Origin: Candidatus Saccharimonadota bacterium
GTDB lineage: Bacteria; Pseudomonadota; Gammaproteobacteria; Enterobacterales; Enterobacteriaceae
NCBI GenBank assembly: GCA_036689235.1
Contig: CP144769.1
Span: forward strand, 178,481-210,480
Direction: 5' to 3'
Length of the DNA stretch: 32,000 nucleotides
Position numbers and translations under genes: made by a program. Of the stretch, positions 28,937 through 32,000 are shown one piece after another; position 1 is the stretch's first letter, and each line of letters opens with the position of its first letter. The notes below the pieces were generated by a model. The model was given only the letters and a program-made list of their open reading frames with translations, did not search any database and had not been told where the DNA came from.

Positions 28937-29812
28937 ATGAAAAATAAATTATTTTTATATTTATTTAAATATTGTATAAACTTATTTAAAAAAAACAATA
29001 TCTATTATGGTCATAATACATATAATTATTACTCAGAAACAATACATTTAATATATTCAATTTTAAATATTAATATAAATAAAAAATATAATAAAATAAA
29101 AAATATATTTATAAGTAAAAAAAAAAAAAAAAAAATATTAAAACTAGCAAAATTAAGAGTTAAAAAAAGAATACCTATAGCATATTTAACAAAAAAAACA
29201 TGATTTTGTAAAAAAAAAATTTATATAAATAAAAACGTTTTAATTCCAAGATCTCCTATATCAGAAATAATAAATAAAAAATTAATAAAATTAAAAAAAA
29301 AACCAAAACATATTTTAGATTTATGTACAGGAAGTGGGTGTATAGCTATAGCCTGTTCATATTTATATCCTAAATGTAATATAGATGCTTCAGATATATC
29401 AAAAAAAGCTTTAAAGATAACTAAAAAAAATATTTTTTTACATAAAAAGAATAAAAAAATTAAAATAATAAAATCAAATATATATAAAAATATAAAAAAT
29501 AAAAAATATGATTTAATAATATCTAATCCTCCATATTTAAGTAAAAATGAAATAAAATATTTACCTAAAGAATATCATTATGAACCAAAAATAGCATTAA
29601 TAACAAAAAATAATGGATTATATATAATTCAAAAAATAATTAATAAATCATATAATTATTTAAAAAAAAATGGATATTTAATATGTGAAACAGGCCATCA
29701 AAAAAAAAAAATAATAAAAAATAATAAAGGAATAAAATTTAATTGATTTAAATTTAAAAATAAAAATAATAAAGTATTTTATATAAAAAAAAAAAAATTA
29801 AATTTTAAATAA
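28937..29812 (+). CDS. prmB: ribosomal protein L3 N5-glutamine methyltransferase (PrmB/YfcB-like)
   Basis: Collinear with E. coli PrmB: [76 protein letters not shown] (SAM-binding block), DLIISNPPYL (NPPY), YHYEPKIAL, GYLICE. Ends at TAA 29810-29812. Contains an A19 tract. Confidence 0.88.
29117..29135 (+). repeat. A19 homopolymer inside the prmB coding sequence
   Basis: Direct count gives 19 consecutive A bases, read as AAA x6 plus the A of ATA (ISKKKKKKIL). Confidence 0.95.
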
Positions 29813-29829
29813 ATTAATAAAATTATTAT

Positions 29830-30580
29830 AACAAATATTTAATATAAAATTAAAATCTAATTTTTTTAGTAAAAAAACTTTTTTTTTGATTATAAAAATA
29901 ATTTTACTTGAATCATTTTTTTATATCTATAAAGTTTAGGAGTTAAATAAGAAAAATTAGTTTTAAACAATAATTTATCTAAAGAAATATATTTTATAAT
30001 TTTTTGTAAAAAAAAATTATTTTTAAAAGTTATTAAATCTAATAATGAAATATATAAATCTAAAAATTTATATAAAATTTTTTATTTTAATAACTAAAAC
30101 AATATAATACAACACCAAAATTTAAAATATTAAATTTTTTAATTATATTTAAAATATCTAAAAAATATAATATAGAATTTATAATAAATGATTTATTATA
30201 TTTATTTGATAAATATAATTGATTAATAAATATTTCAATTTATTTATTTTTATTAAAATTTTTATTACTAATATATTTATAATTTAAACCACATTTACCT
30301 ATAACTACAATATTTTTAAATAATATAATTTTTTTTTAAACAATATAAATCATCTTTTTTTATAAATTCTATATATAAAGGATAAATTCCATAAGATAAT
30401 TTAATTATATCTTAATTAATATAAGATAACATAAAAAATATATTAAAAAATTTTTAATAATAACAGAAACAAATAATATTTTTTTTTTTTTTTTTTAAAT
30501 AATAAAAAATATTTTATATTTTTAAATGAAAAATGTAAAAAAATTTTATCTATATGATAATGTAAATCAAATAAATATAT
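29830..30580 (-). pseudogene. decayed TatD-family deoxyribonuclease/hydrolase gene (ycfH/tatD-like) downstream of holB
   Basis: The minus-strand conceptual translation spans three frames. It gives IYLFDLHYHID (compare MFLVDSHCHLD), IKLSYGIYPL (compare FSCGVHPL), IVVIGKCGLNYKY (compare VVALGETGLDYYY), IEIFINQLYLSNKYNKSFIINS (compare QESFIHHIQIGRELNKPVIVHTR), FGVVLYCFSY (compare GGVLHCFTE) and KTNFSYLTPK (compare ETDSPYLAPV). The sequence is interrupted by TAA (complement of 30454-56, 30412-14, 30240-42, 30087-89) and TAG (complement of 30060-62). Frameshifts fall at T18 (30479-30496) and T9 (30329-30337). There is no ATG start. The 3' boundary is approximate. Confidence 0.8.
30479..30496. repeat. 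T18 homopolymer (A18 on the tatD-remnant coding strand)
   Basis: Direct count gives 18 consecutive T bases. The reading frame of the tatD remnant changes across this tract. Confidence 0.95.
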
Positions 30581-30585
30581 TTAAA

Positions 30586-31572
30586 TTACTTTTTATTTAA
30601 TTTAATTAATAAAAAATTTATTAAATCATATAACAAAATATCTTTATTTATATTATTAATATTTTTAATAATTGATAAACAAAAAATAATTTTATTTAAA
30701 ATTAAATATATATCATTTATATTTAAAAAACAAATATTTTTATTAAAAAAAATATATATATCTAAATTATATAAATATTTAATAATTTTATATTTATATT
30801 TAATATAATCTAAAAATAAAGTAATTAATATATATAAATTAATTTCTAAATTATCATTATTTATAATTCTTACTATATTATTAATATTAAATTTATTTAA
30901 ATTTAATATTAAATTAATAATTTTTTTTTTAATTAAAATATTTTTTTTAATTCAAATTAAAGAATTAATTGGAGAATTATTACTTAATCTAATACAAGAT
31001 AAAAAAATATTTTTATTAAAATTATTTTTAAATTTATTTAATAATCATTTTAATATAATGTTTTCTTTAGGAAATTTAATTCTTAATAAAAATGATCTAC
31101 TTAATATAGTATTAGGTATAAATATATTATCTGAACAACTAAATATAAAAATAATTTTTCCATTATTTTCTTCTAATATTTTTAATAAAAAATTATTAAC
31201 ATAATAATTATCAAATTTAAAATTATCAAAAAAAATTATTTTAATATCATTAATACTAATATTAATTAATAATTTATTATATATTTTTTTAATTAAATTA
31301 ATATTTATATTATTATTAATATAATAATAATTAAAATAATTTTTATTTTTAAATGAAATACAATTAAAACATTTATTACATGATAAATATTTTTTTTTAT
31401 TTTTACAAAAAATTCATTTTATTAAACAAATTATTAAAATATTAATATTTAAATTACAAGAATATTTAAATATAAAATTAAAAATATTTAATCTATTAAT
31501 ATTTAAAATATTTATTATATAAATATAATTACTTTTAAATCAAGAATAAATAATATTTTTATTAAATAACAT
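30586..31572 (-). CDS. holB: DNA polymerase III subunit delta prime
   Basis: The region is absent from the ORF track because there is no internal Met and TGA codons are present. I checked it triplet by triplet: there is no TAA/TAG from ATG (complement of 31570-72) to TAA (complement of 30586-88). Total 328 aa. Features are a Cys cluster CLIKWIFCKNKKKYLSCNKCFNC (delta-prime zinc module), FLLKILEE (compare LLKTLEEP) and TILSRS (compare the SRC motif). Confidence 0.85.
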
Positions 31573-31649
31573 AATTTTAATAAATATAATATAAGAAAAT
31601 AAAATAATTATTATATAATTATATAATATATATATAACATAAATAAAAT

Positions 31650-31653
31650 AGGA
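31650..31653 (+). promoter_or_regulatory. Shine-Dalgarno-like AGGA upstream of the peroxiredoxin gene
   Basis: AGGA lies 11 nt upstream of ATG 31665 in an otherwise G-free leader. Confidence 0.3.
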
Positions 31654-31664
31654 TATAAAAAAAA

Positions 31665-32000
31665 ATGTTAGTAACTTTTAAATCTCCAGATTTTACAACT
31701 AAAGGTATTGATACAAATAATAAAATTATTAATTTTAATTTATATAAAAATACAAAAAATAAAAATATATTATTATTCTTTTGACCTTTAGATTTTACAT
31801 ATATATGTCCATCAGAAATAATAGCATTAAATAATAGATATAATGAATTTAAAAATAAAAATACAAAAATTTTTGGAATATCTATAGATTCTGTTTATAC
31901 ACACATAGCATGAAAAAATACACCTATTAAAAAAGGAGGAATAGGATTAATAAAATTTATTATTTTATCAGATATAAATAGAAAAATACAAAAAAAATAT
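31665..32000 (+). CDS. ahpC: 2-Cys peroxiredoxin (AhpC/Tsa family), N-terminal 112 codons (3' end lies outside the window)
   Basis: ILLFFWPLDFTYICPSEI is the peroxidatic-Cys motif (FYPLDFTFVCPTEI), with TGA at the aromatic position. Also GISIDSVYTHIAWKNTP and KKGGIG...ILSD. Confidence 0.88.

Noticed and set aside
30586-31572. A second pseudogene, because no ORF-track entry covers this 1 kb.
   Set aside because: A triplet-by-triplet check shows an uninterrupted table-4 frame of 328 codons with delta-prime (holB) motifs. The region is missing from the track only because TGA codons split it and the pieces contain no internal Met.

Overview
This window is a gene-dense, extremely A+T-rich stretch of a highly reduced bacterial genome. 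By eye it is well under 20% G+C, and the intergenic DNA is almost pure A/T. The genome reads UGA as Trp (translation table 4). The standard-code ORF track therefore breaks nearly every gene into pieces. When TGA is read as Trp, the pieces join into full-length, collinear housekeeping genes that all end in TAA, with one possible TAG.

Gene content and order:
- glnS (partial), an orphan ORF, map (minus strand), rpsB-tsf, tRNA-Ser
- a ~630 bp spacer of almost pure A/T
- ligA, gltX (minus strand), lepA-lepB-rnc-era, ung
- on the minus strand: trpS, rpoC-rpoB-rplL-rplJ-rplA-rplK-nusG-secE, murB, ybeY-ybeZ(phoH)-miaB, tRNA-Met/Gln/Leu
- prmB, a decayed tatD/ycfH pseudogene, holB (minus strand), and a partial 2-Cys peroxiredoxin

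The operon order is proteobacterial: lepA-lepB-rnc-era, miaB-ybeZ-ybeY, secE-nusG-rplKAJL-rpoBC, holB-ycfH. Combined with the UGA=Trp recoding and the extreme AT bias, this fits a Zinderia/Nasuia-like betaproteobacterial insect endosymbiont. That assignment is an inference I cannot verify without a database search.

I found no mobile elements, CRISPR arrays, defence islands or novel multi-gene systems. The points worth a second look are:
- the recoding itself
- a tatD pseudogene whose frameshifts sit exactly on homopolymer tracts
- very long poly(A) tracts inside otherwise intact genes
- the ~2% G+C spacer
- a 240-codon orphan ORF
- retention of intact ung and murB in such a genome
- near-total loss of intergenic regulatory space
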